A stretch of 64,000 bases of DNA, from positions 3,456,001-3,520,000 of the forward strand of contig OZ220089.1 of the NCBI GenBank assembly GCA_964291625.2, in the 5' to 3' direction. This DNA is from Candidatus Latescibacterota bacterium. GTDB taxonomy: Bacteria; Latescibacterota; UBA2968; UBA8231. The position numbers and the translations under genes were made by a program. Of this stretch, positions 29,070 to 37,551 are shown piece by piece. Every line of letters begins with the position of its first letter. Position 1 is the first letter of the stretch. The notes beneath the pieces are model-generated. The model saw only the letters and a list, made by a program, of their open reading frames with translations. It had not been told where the DNA came from and searched no databases.

Positions 29070-29087
29070 GTGTATATGTGTGCAGTA
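29070..29087 (-). promoter_or_regulatory. LexA/SOS-box-like motif
   Basis: TACTG-CACACATATA-CAC, shared with 36759-36776. Confidence 0.4.
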
Positions 29088-29126
29088 TACGGCGGAGGGG
29101 AACCGGAACAAGCGGGGGGCAGCGGC

Positions 29127-30062
29127 TCAGGGACGCACCCGGAGGGCGGCCTTGATGCGGCCCCAGGAGGACGGCGCAACGGCGGAAGTGTTGTCGTAGC
29201 GGGAGGGGTCTTCCCCGGCGCCGATGAGCAAGCCATCGACGAAGAAATCGGCGTTGGTCAGTGCCTCCAACTTGGCGGTTAGCGACAGAAGGATCGACAC
29301 CCCAGACCCATCCGTCGCCTGAGTAACGTCGTTGTCCGTCGTGTCTATCGAGAACCCGAGAGTCTTGCCCGGGTAGAGCTTCGATGCTTCGGAGGCTTCC
29401 TCGTCGTTGTAGATGAGATCGTCGAAGGGAGTCACCTTGAACTCGGTGACCGTGGTCGCCGGGGTCTCGCCAATGACGCCGCCGCCAGCGGCGGCGTACG
29501 GCTCTCTGATCACCCACTCGCTGGCCCCGCCATGGTGCAAATGGTCGCCGTCGGGCGTCTCGGCGATTGCGACCCACTCTTGGGCCTGACGGTTGTTCTC
29601 AAGGACTTGGTCGGCCGTGCAGCCCTCGCAGTTGAACCCGAGAAGGTAGCTGTATGGCCCACCGCTGTGGTCGCCGTCGACCATGAAGCTGATGCTGGAA
29701 TCCCACCAGTGCATCTTCCAGGGTTCGTCCCCGTCGTAGCGGTTGAAGTAGAGGTCATCGAAGCGCTCCATGGCGACCCAGAGGGTACTGCTGCTCTGGT
29801 TCCATGCGAGCCAGATGCGGAAGTCCACTTCCGATGGATCGTATGAATGAAACTCCCAGATGAAGTCGCTGGCCGTCACCGAGGGCTCCCCGACGACCTC
29901 GAGCCAGTCCTCGACGCTGCCGTCGTTCAGGTCGATGTGGTCCAGGTCCTCGTCGAGGAGCTCGAAGAAGGGGTAGACTTGGTCGCCGATGTGGGCGTGG
30001 GTGCTGGGGGGGAGGGTTAGTATCGGGCTTAAGGTCAGGAGGGAAACGAGGCAGGTGCGCAT
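29127..30062 (-). CDS. Secreted SWGRIK-family protein (paralog 4)
   Basis: AAGGAG RBS, signal peptide, CEGC insert, SSWGRIK. Confidence 0.85.
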   Translation of the reverse strand: MRTCLVSLLTLSPILTLPPSTHAHIGDQVYPFFELLDEDLDHIDLNDGSVEDWLEVVGEPSVTASDFIWEFHSYDPSEVDFRIWLAWNQSSSTLWVAMERFDDLYFNRYDGDEPWKMHWWDSSISFMVDGDHSGGPYSYLLGFNCEGCTADQVLENNRQAQEWVAIAETPDGDHLHHGGASEWVIREPYAAAGGGVIGETPATTVTEFKVTPFDDLIYNDEEASEASKLYPGKTLGFSIDTTDNDVTQATDGSGVSILLSLTAKLEALTNADFFVDGLLIGAGEDPSRYDNTSAVAPSSWGRIKAALRVRP

Positions 30063-30084
30063 GGTGCTTCTCCTTAGTGACGCC

Positions 30085-30152
30085 GAAGATCCCAAATGTG
30101 GTCGAGGTCCTCGGCGGGGAACTCGTAGGAGGGTAGATCGTCGCGGATGTGA
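30085..30152 (-). pseudogene. N-terminal remnant of a SWGRIK-family gene
   Basis: HIRDDLPSYEFPAEDLDHI resembles HIGDEIYPFYELLDEDLDHI. Confidence 0.5.
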
Positions 30153-30321
30153 AGAAACACCATGTGGCGCAAACCCGCTGGGTTGCTTGGCTTCCCCTTG
30201 AACCCGGATAGGTGGCTATCCATCCTACAGGGGCGTGGGAACCGCTTGTGAAAACCCAGGAAAGGAGGTGATGCTTTGTGCTTCCTAGGGAACTCACCTC
30301 TCCCTGATCCAAGGTCTGGGG

Positions 30322-30354
30322 CAAGGGAGCGGGGAACCAGTCCCCGCTCCCTTG
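30322..30354 (-). terminator. Hairpin 3' of precursor 3
   Basis: CAAGGGAGCGGGGA-ACCAG-TCCCCGCTCCCTTG, perfect 14-bp stem. Confidence 0.65.
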
Positions 30355-30401
30355 GAGCTATGACCCGCGTGCTTTCAGGGCGCACCAGGTCTCCCGATGG
30401 A

Positions 30402-30689
30402 CTACCACCCACATCGGCACCGATACGTGCCCGATGAACCATACTGGACACATCCGGAAGAGTAGACCTTGCAGTATTTTCCGCAGACGTAAGGACAGGG
30501 TGAGGGACTGACGTTGTAGCAGTCCACCGCCACCCAGCAATAAGCATCGGCCTTTGCGGGCATGCTTAGCACGACAGCAGCCGCCATCATCACGGCACCG
30601 ACCCAGGCCACAGGCAGGATCGCCTGCTTCCTGCCAACGTCCTCGCTAGCGATGAAGCCGCCCAGAAGACTGCGCACCTGCTTCAACAT
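30402..30689 (-). CDS. Cys-rich defensin-like peptide precursor 3
   Basis: Start MLKQ chosen by homology; leader ends ADA; 8-Cys core. Confidence 0.9.
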   Translation of the reverse strand: MLKQVRSLLGGFIASEDVGRKQAILPVAWVGAVMMAAAVVLSMPAKADAYCWVAVDCYNVSPSPCPYVCGKYCKVYSSGCVQYGSSGTYRCRCGW

Positions 30690-30786
30690 GATTCTTCCTC
30701 CTATGGAAGTGAACTGCATCAGTCCTAGAATTCTCCACGCGGCGACATGTCGTTTACCTCCTCTCTGGGCCGCAGGGGGGTGTAAT

Positions 30787-31839
30787 TCATCCGTTGAGCC
30801 ACACGAGCAAGGCCCTCAACGGCGGGGCCAAGTGCCCTCCGAAGGCGGCGGTAACCAGCCCGCCGAGCACGAGGAAGGGGACGAAGGGCAGGGCCCGCGC
30901 CAGCTCCACCGTCCCGGGCAGATCGCCAGAGGCCGCCCGCTTCTGCAGCAGGTGCACCCTGTCTTGGTCGAGGCTCTGCCCGCTCTCCCAAGTCACCTCC
31001 GCCCCATCGTCCCCGGCCAGGACCAACCGGTGCCGCAGGACCGCTCCGGGCCGAACCCGCCCCACCGGCATCTCGTACCCGTAGGCCCGCCCGCTCCCGT
31101 GCCGCACCTGCTGAAAGGCCAGCTCCAACAGCCACGCCACCCCCCAGATCAGGGCATAGTCCTTCCAGCCGCCGGTCGACACGGCCAACAGCGCCAGGGC
31201 CGCCAGCCCGGGGATCATTACCACCGGACGCCTCTCCGGCTTGAGGCCCCACTCCAGCAGGCGGTATCCCACGACGAGGAAGGCGAAGGCTTCCAGGTAG
31301 CTCAAGGGGCGGTTGAGCACGAGGTGGGCGAAGCTCAGGGCCAAGCCGAGCAGGCCTCCCAGCCCGGCGGCGGCCTGCAGCCATGGCCCCCGGTTTCCCT
31401 TGGCGGACATCCACTGACGCTCTCGCCAAACCACGACCGCCAGAAGCACGGCGACGTAGGCCACCACGGCGTTGGCAATCAGCGCCGCCGGAGGGGTTTC
31501 CAGAGAGACCCATTCGCCCACCGGGCACAGGCTCGGCGGCAGGGCGGCCACGGCCGCCCAGTACATCTTGGCGTCGCCCGGCGACCAGACTCCCGCCAGC
31601 ATCAGCAGGAGCGCCACCCCCAGCCCCAGGAGCAGGGTCCCCGCCACCTGGTTCCAGCCGCCCACGCCCAGTCCCACCATCGCCGCCTGGCCGGTCACGC
31701 CGACCCCGAGCAGCCCGAGGGTGTAGCGGTTCGGCACCCGCTGGAACCGGAGGTCCGTCCAGGCCGCACAGATCCCGGCCGTCAGCAACGCCGACAGCAT
31801 CACCAGCTCCACCCAGAGAATGGGGTCGCCTAGGGACAC
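30787..31839 (-). CDS. A24 prepilin-type aspartic peptidase, second intact copy
   Basis: WTDLRFQRVPN, SPGDAK, LPFVPFLVLG. Confidence 0.85.
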   Translation of the reverse strand: MSLGDPILWVELVMLSALLTAGICAAWTDLRFQRVPNRYTLGLLGVGVTGQAAMVGLGVGGWNQVAGTLLLGLGVALLLMLAGVWSPGDAKMYWAAVAALPPSLCPVGEWVSLETPPAALIANAVVAYVAVLLAVVVWRERQWMSAKGNRGPWLQAAAGLGGLLGLALSFAHLVLNRPLSYLEAFAFLVVGYRLLEWGLKPERRPVVMIPGLAALALLAVSTGGWKDYALIWGVAWLLELAFQQVRHGSGRAYGYEMPVGRVRPGAVLRHRLVLAGDDGAEVTWESGQSLDQDRVHLLQKRAASGDLPGTVELARALPFVPFLVLGGLVTAAFGGHLAPPLRALLVWLNG

Positions 31840-32411
31840 GACCGGCACTCCTCGTCCAAGGCCACGTCCTCGGCCAGTTCCTCGACCAGTTCCTGGACCG
31901 GCCCCACGCCCCGGGCCGCCGCCGCCACCGTGCCCTCCGGGTCGAGGCGGTAGGCCGTGGGCACGCTGACGGCGTAGTAGGCCAGCGACGTCTCTCCCGT
32001 GGTGTCCAGCAGCACGGGGTAGAGGCGGCGGATCCGGGCCTCGACGCCGTCCTCGGTCGTCTCTGCGGACGGACCGTCGTCCGGACCGTGGATGAAGACC
32101 AGGCGGCCCCCCAGGTCAGGCAGCCCGGCGTCGAGCAGATTCGCCTTCAGGTCGTTGCAGTATTGGCAGGTGGTGGTGACGAAGACGAGAGCGGAAGTCC
32201 GGCCCTTCAGGTCGGCCAGTTCCAACCCCGGCCCGGCGATCCCGGCCAGTTGGAAGTCGGGAGCGGGGGTGCCCCGGGGCAGTTGCTGCCACTGGCTGCG
32301 CGGCAGCCGGTTCAGCAGGGAGCCCGGCGGACCGTCCACGGCGACCAGGGCCCCGGTCAGGGCGAGGGCCAGCAGGCCGCCGGCCAGGAGAGAGGGTCTG
32401 TGCGCCGCCAT
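31830..32411 (-). CDS. Redoxin B, copy 2
   Basis: CQYC, SVPT, C-terminal CRSC; paralog of 17961-18545. Confidence 0.85.
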   Translation of the reverse strand: MAAHRPSLLAGGLLALALTGALVAVDGPPGSLLNRLPRSQWQQLPRGTPAPDFQLAGIAGPGLELADLKGRTSALVFVTTTCQYCNDLKANLLDAGLPDLGGRLVFIHGPDDGPSAETTEDGVEARIRRLYPVLLDTTGETSLAYYAVSVPTAYRLDPEGTVAAAARGVGPVQELVEELAEDVALDEECRSCP

Positions 32412-32413
32412 GC

Positions 32414-32977
32414 TCAGTCCTGCCTCTCCGCAAGGGCGAGCACCTGCTCCAGGCCCTGGCTGCCCACCGCGCCCTTGCGCACCACGCCCTGCGGATCGAT
32501 CAAGAGCACCGAGGGGTAGCCCGGCACGCCGTAGGCCTGGTTCACCTCCCAGCGGCGGTCGTGGCCGGCGACCGGGACCAGGCCGTGCGGGGCCAGCTTC
32601 TCCTGAAGGACCGCCCGGTCGCCCGCGCCGACGACGATGACGGGGTATCGCTCGGAGACCCGGGCGAGGGCGGGGTAGGTGGCGTCGCAGGCCTGGCAGG
32701 AGGCCTCTGCGAAGAACAGGAGCCATGATCGCCCCGCCGGCGCATCGTCCGAGGACACGGTGGGGCCCTGGAGGCCGTCGAGGGTGAAGGCGGGGGCGGG
32801 CTGGCCGAGCAGGTGGGCAAAAGGCGGGGGCGTGATCCCGGGCGGGTAGCCGGTCTCGAGCCGGGCGGCCACGGCCACCAGGGAGGCCAGGAGGAGGCCC
32901 GATCCCAGGGCCGCGCCGAAGACGCTCGGGGGGACGCTGTCGTTGCCAGCAGATCCTTGGTCCCGGGCTTCGTCCAT
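32414..32977 (-). CDS. Redoxin A, copy 2
   Basis: CQAC, GYPSVLLID; paralog of 18548-19105. Confidence 0.85.
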   Translation of the reverse strand: MDEARDQGSAGNDSVPPSVFGAALGSGLLLASLVAVAARLETGYPPGITPPPFAHLLGQPAPAFTLDGLQGPTVSSDDAPAGRSWLLFFAEASCQACDATYPALARVSERYPVIVVGAGDRAVLQEKLAPHGLVPVAGHDRRWEVNQAYGVPGYPSVLLIDPQGVVRKGAVGSQGLEQVLALAERQD

Positions 32978-33327
32978 GTTCAGTTCTCCAGGCTGATGGA
33001 GCCGGGGCGTCTGAAGCGGCCCTTGGCGGGACGTGCCTCCTTTCCCGCCTTTTGCCCGAGGAAGCGTGGAGTCCCCTGCTGTGGTGGGGCGACGGTCCAC
33101 TACGTCCTCGTCCGGGACAGGGCTTCGAAGCGGGGTTCTGAAGGCGGCATCATGCGTCGCGCACCTCGGGGCCCCAGGTCTATCGCACCGACGAGTTCGG
33201 GGCCGTGGTCGTGAGGGTAGAGAGGGGGGTGGGTCTCGCCCGGGGGGGATGGTGAGCGAGGACTGCGGGCCGTGAGTCTGGACGCAGCCGTTGGTGGTGG
33301 TGTCGAGGATCGGGCCGCGCTCTGCCG

Positions 33328-34224
33328 CTACCTGAGGCTGGCCTTGATCCGCCCCCAGGAGGACGGCTCCACGGCGGAAACGTCGTCGTAGCTGGATGGA
33401 TCCTCTCCAGCCCCTACCAGCAGGCCGTCGACGAAGAAATCGGCGAAGCTGAAGACCCCAACCCTGTCGCTCAACCACTGAAGGTCTATGGGCCCCAATC
33501 CGTCACTGTACTCGGTGGCGTCGTTGTCGATCGTGTTGATGGCAAAGCCGATAACCTTCCCCGGATACAGTATCGAGGCTTTGGAGGCGGCCTCGTCGTC
33601 GTAGACGAGGTCGTCGAAGGGGGTCACCATCAGCTCGGTGACCGTCGTGGCGGGGGTGACGCCGAGCACCCCGCCACCGCCGGCGGCGTACGGCTCCCTC
33701 ACGGCCCACTCGCTGGCCCCGTCATAGGCCACGTGTCGGCCCTCCGCCGTCTCGGCGATCGCCAGCCAGTGCTGGGCCTGGCGGTTGTTCTGGGGCTTGG
33801 CCTCCCTTTCAAACAGGTAGCGTCCGCCGGAATGATCGCCGTCAACCATGAAGCTGAAAGAAGAGTCCCAGCGGTTCATCGCTGGGAACCCCCACTCGTT
33901 GACCTCTCCCGCATAGTTGTTGTGGTAGATGTCATCGAAGCGCTCCATGGCGACCCAGAGGGTACCGCTTCGCCGGTGCCAGCCCAGCCAGAAGCGGTTG
34001 TCGCAGTTTGTTGGATCGTAGGTAGAGTCCGGGTAGTAGAAGTCGGCGCCTGTCAGCGACGGCTCCCCGAGGATGTCGATCCAGTCTTCGACGCTGCCGT
34101 CGGTCAGGTCGATGCGGTCCAGATCCTCGTCGAGGAGCTCGTAGAAGGGGTAGATCTCCTCGCCGATGTGGCCGTGGGCGCTGGTGGCAAGAAGTGCTAG
34201 CAGGATCATAGGGGAAAGACGCAA
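33328..34224 (-). CDS. Secreted SWGRIK-family protein (paralog 5)
   Basis: TTG start, signal peptide, SSWGRIKASLR. Confidence 0.85.
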   Translation of the reverse strand: MRLSPMILLALLATSAHGHIGEEIYPFYELLDEDLDRIDLTDGSVEDWIDILGEPSLTGADFYYPDSTYDPTNCDNRFWLGWHRRSGTLWVAMERFDDIYHNNYAGEVNEWGFPAMNRWDSSFSFMVDGDHSGGRYLFEREAKPQNNRQAQHWLAIAETAEGRHVAYDGASEWAVREPYAAGGGGVLGVTPATTVTELMVTPFDDLVYDDEAASKASILYPGKVIGFAINTIDNDATEYSDGLGPIDLQWLSDRVGVFSFADFFVDGLLVGAGEDPSSYDDVSAVEPSSWGRIKASLR

Positions 34225-34325
34225 GGTGCTCCTCCCATGGAAGGATGGTACCCGGCAACAACGAAGAAGAGGGGGGCGTTGTTCCAGAGCACACGGGATG
34301 TTTCTCGGGATCCCAAGAGGAAGGC

Positions 34326-35258
34326 TCAGGGGCGCACGGGGAGGGCGGCCTTGATACGCCCCCAGGAGGACGGCTCCACGGCGGAGACATCGTCGTAGCG
34401 GGAGGGGTCTTCCCCGGCGCCGACGAGCAGGCCGTCGACGAAGTGGCTGGAGAAACGGTTCACGGAGAGTTCCAAGGGCGTGAGCAGGTAGGCGGTGGAA
34501 GAGACAAAGGGAGGTTCCTCGTCAGCGTCGTAGAGCCAGAGATCGAAACCGATGGTCTTGCCCGGGTACAGCTCCGAGGCTTCGGAAACGCCCTCGTCGT
34601 TGTAGACGAGGGCGTCGAAGGGCGTCACCTTGACTTCGAAGACCCAGGTCGCCGGGGTGCGGCCGACGGCGCCGCCTCCGGCGGCTGCGTACGGGTCCTC
34701 CGTGAGCCACTCGCCGCTCCCGCTGAAGCGAACGAAGTGGTCCCCCGCCGGGTCGATCGGCATCCAGTACTTCTGGGCCTGGCGAAAGTTCAACAGATCC
34801 AACTCTTCCTCGGTATGGTCGCCGGCAGGGAACCTGCGATACCGACCACCGGAGTGATCTCCGTCAATGAAAAACTCCATGCAGGCGTCCCATGCCCAGC
34901 AGTAGTTTGCTGTTTCCTCTTCGTCTCCGAGGGCCCCTTCGTAGCGGTCATCGAAGGCCTCCACGGCGACCCAGATGGTACTGCTGTTCCCGTGCCAGGC
35001 GAGCCAGACGCGGACATCCAGGGTCGTGGGATCGCTGGGCCAGCTCTCCGAGCCCCTCCAGAAATCGGAGGTGACCAGGGACGGCTCCCCGATGACCTCG
35101 AGCCAGTCCTCGACGCTGCCGTCCGTCAGGTCGATCCGGTGCAGGTCTTCGTCGAGCAACTCGTAGAAGGGGTAGATCTCGTCGCCGACGTGGGCGTGGG
35201 TGATGCTGGAGGGAAGCAAGGCAAACAGCAACAGCGAGCGAATCGTTCTTGGTCGCAC
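34326..35258 (-). CDS. Secreted SWGRIK-family protein (paralog 6)
   Basis: GTG start after AAGGAG; shares WDACM and ADEEPPFVSS blocks with paralog 1. Confidence 0.85.
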   Translation of the reverse strand: MRPRTIRSLLLFALLPSSITHAHVGDEIYPFYELLDEDLHRIDLTDGSVEDWLEVIGEPSLVTSDFWRGSESWPSDPTTLDVRVWLAWHGNSSTIWVAVEAFDDRYEGALGDEEETANYCWAWDACMEFFIDGDHSGGRYRRFPAGDHTEEELDLLNFRQAQKYWMPIDPAGDHFVRFSGSGEWLTEDPYAAAGGGAVGRTPATWVFEVKVTPFDALVYNDEGVSEASELYPGKTIGFDLWLYDADEEPPFVSSTAYLLTPLELSVNRFSSHFVDGLLVGAGEDPSRYDDVSAVEPSSWGRIKAALPVRP

Positions 35259-35287
35259 AATGCTATCTCCTTCGTGAGAGAATGTGA

Positions 35288-35491
35288 CTACCGACCTCTG
35301 GGAGCAGGAAAGAGCCAACCCTCTCGGATCTCCTTCTCCATGAAGGACGGTAGGTCGCCTGGAACGGCAGCCCACTGACCCAAGGTAACATCTACACCGT
35401 CGCCTCGAAGGCGGGTAGCTAATCCGAGAACCCAGCATTTGTGGTGGTCACTATCCCATGAGTAAGAAACAAAGGCTCTTGGTGTCCTCAT
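35288..35491 (-). pseudogene. Truncated TIR/SEFIR domain
   Basis: PRAFVSYSWDSDHHKCWVLGLATRLRGDGVDV..QW...PGD..FME, then loss of homology. Confidence 0.75.
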
Positions 35492-35638
35492 CTCGTTGAT
35501 GGTCCTTACTGCTCGTGGGTGTGAATCGTGGTGTCATGTGAGCCCTGCGGGATGTAGCCCGAGGTTGCCTATTTCACCAAGCGTCCAAGGTCAAATGGGC
35601 GTGGGAACCCTTCGGTAGGATCCCATGGCTCCGCCCCC

Positions 35639-36724
35639 TCACCCCTCGCCGAACAGCTCCAGCTGGTCCTGCCCCTGCCGGCGGAACCGGTCCACCGCCA
35701 GTGCGGGCGCCGGCCGGTCCAGCCCGGCCTTCCTCTTGGCGATCCGGAAGAACCGGCTCACCAGCTCCGCCAGTTCCCCCTCGCCGCGCATGCGGTGGCC
35801 GTAGCGCGCGTCCGATAGCTGGCCCCCCCGCACCGCCTCGAGCCGGTGCACGACCTTGCTGGCGCGGTCGGGGTAGTGGCGCTCGAGCCAGTCCAGGAAC
35901 AGGGGGCGCACGGCCCCGGGCAGGCGCACCAGGATGTAGTGGGCCCAGCGCGCCCCCCGGGCCGCCGCCGCTTCCAGGATGGCGGGGGCCTCCGAGTCGT
36001 TGAGCCCCGGGATCAGAGGCGCCACGTTGACCCCCGCCGGCACCCCGGCCCGGGACAGCTCCTCGAACGCCTGCAGGCGCCGCTCCGGCCGCGAGGTGCG
36101 CGGCTCCATGGCCGCCGTGAGCCGGCGGTCGAGGCTGGTGATCGACAGGGTCACGTGAACCAGGTCGAGGGCCGCCATTCTCTCCAGGATGTCGAGGTCG
36201 CGCGTCACCAGGTGGTTCTTGGTGATCAGGCTCACGGGGTTGCGGAACCTGAGGAACACCTCCAGGCACCGCCGCGTGAGCTGCAGCCGCCGCTCCACCG
36301 GCTGGTAGCAGTCGGTGTTGCCCGACAGGGCCACCACTTGGGGCTGCCACGACCTCTTGCGCAGGGCCGCCTCCAGCAGCTCCGGGGCCTGCTCCTTGAC
36401 CAGGATCCTGGTCTCGAAGTCGAGCCCGGCCGAGAACCCCAGGTACTCGTGGGTCGGCCGAGCGTAGCAGTAGACGCAGCCGTGCTCGCAGCCCCGGTAG
36501 GGGTTGAGGCTGAAGCGGAAGCCCACGTCCGGCGAGTCGTTCTCGGCCAGGATGGAGCGGCTGGCGTCGATCAGGTAGCTGGTGGGGACACGCTCCTCGA
36601 AGCCCTCCTCGCCGGGCTCGGCCGGGTCGGGCTCCAGATACAGGGGCTCGAAGCGGTTGGGGGTGTTGAAGCCGGCGGCGCGGCCCCTCTTGCCGGGAGG
36701 CCGGGGCGCGGGTGGGTCGGGCAT
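35639..36724 (-). CDS. PA0069/Rv2578c-family radical SAM protein (SplB-like, putative DNA repair)
   Basis: NPYRGCEHGCVYCYARPTH, GNTDCYQP, ITK, APLIPGLND. Confidence 0.9.
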   Translation of the reverse strand: MPDPPAPRPPGKRGRAAGFNTPNRFEPLYLEPDPAEPGEEGFEERVPTSYLIDASRSILAENDSPDVGFRFSLNPYRGCEHGCVYCYARPTHEYLGFSAGLDFETRILVKEQAPELLEAALRKRSWQPQVVALSGNTDCYQPVERRLQLTRRCLEVFLRFRNPVSLITKNHLVTRDLDILERMAALDLVHVTLSITSLDRRLTAAMEPRTSRPERRLQAFEELSRAGVPAGVNVAPLIPGLNDSEAPAILEAAAARGARWAHYILVRLPGAVRPLFLDWLERHYPDRASKVVHRLEAVRGGQLSDARYGHRMRGEGELAELVSRFFRIAKRKAGLDRPAPALAVDRFRRQGQDQLELFGEG

Positions 36725-36758
36725 GGGGGCGGACTGCCTTTGTCGGGCACCGGAACAA

Positions 36759-36776
36759 GTGAATATATGTGCAGTA
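36759..36776 (-). promoter_or_regulatory. LexA/SOS-box-like motif upstream of the radical SAM gene
   Basis: TACTG-CACATATATT-CAC; AT-rich island in GC-rich DNA. Confidence 0.4.
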
Positions 36777-36831
36777 TATATCCAAGGCCCGCCCGACGCA
36801 ACGCCCGGCCTTGGTCAACCCGGTACAGGCC

Positions 36832-37551
36832 TCACTCTTCTCTGCAAGTCTGCACAGGTCTCGTTGCGTTGTCCCTCAATGGCCAGGGAGCATACGGGAT
36901 CGGCAGCAGGGCCGAAGCCGACTCGTAACCCACGTCCGGGATGGTTGGCTCCAGGGCCCTTGCGCGAGCATGGGCCTCCAACGCCTTACGAGGCCGTCCA
37001 CTGCGGTTCAGCAAGCATCCCAGGCTCAAGTGACCGAGAATCCATGTCGAATCAGCCGCGACTGCCTGGAGGAGCATCCCCTCTGCTCGTTCCAGGTCAC
37101 CTGACTCCACGAGGTGATAGGCCAGGGCATACTGGACGAAGAAGTAGGAGGAGTCCTGGCTGCTGAACTGGGTACCGACATCGACCGCCTCCTCGAATCT
37201 CGACAGACGAAGCAGGGCGATTGCCTTGAAGCTCAGGACACGAGAGTCATGTGGTTTGATCTCCAGCGCCGCATCGAAGGAGGCGAGGGCCCCCTCGTAG
37301 TCGCCTTGGGTCCCCAAGGAATATCCTCGGTAGAAGTGAGAATCGGAGTCTCGCGGACGTAACTCGACAATCTTCTCGAAGTACTCGGCCGCTGCTTCGT
37401 AGTCACCATCCTGATAGGCCTCGCTGGCAGGACCCCAGTAGTCGAAGAGAGATGGCACGAGATACAGGTATCCGATGCAAAGGAGCATGCCGCCGGCATA
37501 GGCGCAGACCAATGTTGCTGTCACTTTCGGGCTGTATCGCGGCCTGCTCAT
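36832..37551 (-). CDS. Membrane-anchored TPR protein
   Basis: TM followed by TPR repeats (AYQDGDYEAAAEYFEK, HFYRGYSL...ALASFDAAL). Confidence 0.75.
   Translation of the reverse strand: MSRPRYSPKVTATLVCAYAGGMLLCIGYLYLVPSLFDYWGPASEAYQDGDYEAAAEYFEKIVELRPRDSDSHFYRGYSLGTQGDYEGALASFDAALEIKPHDSRVLSFKAIALLRLSRFEEAVDVGTQFSSQDSSYFFVQYALAYHLVESGDLERAEGMLLQAVAADSTWILGHLSLGCLLNRSGRPRKALEAHARARALEPTIPDVGYESASALLPIPYAPWPLRDNATRPVQTCREE

Noticed and set aside
25938-35258. CRISPR array, integron cassettes or DGR explaining the repeats
   Set aside because: Repeats are conserved coding blocks of paralogs; no regular repeat-spacer pattern, attC sites, integrase, cas or reverse transcriptase seen.
35639-36724. 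Radical SAM as a sactipeptide/ranthipeptide maturase for the Cys-rich precursors
   Set aside because: Motifs fit the PA0069/SplB-like family; there is no RRE or SPASM Cys cluster, and the copies next to cassettes 1 and 2 are broken.
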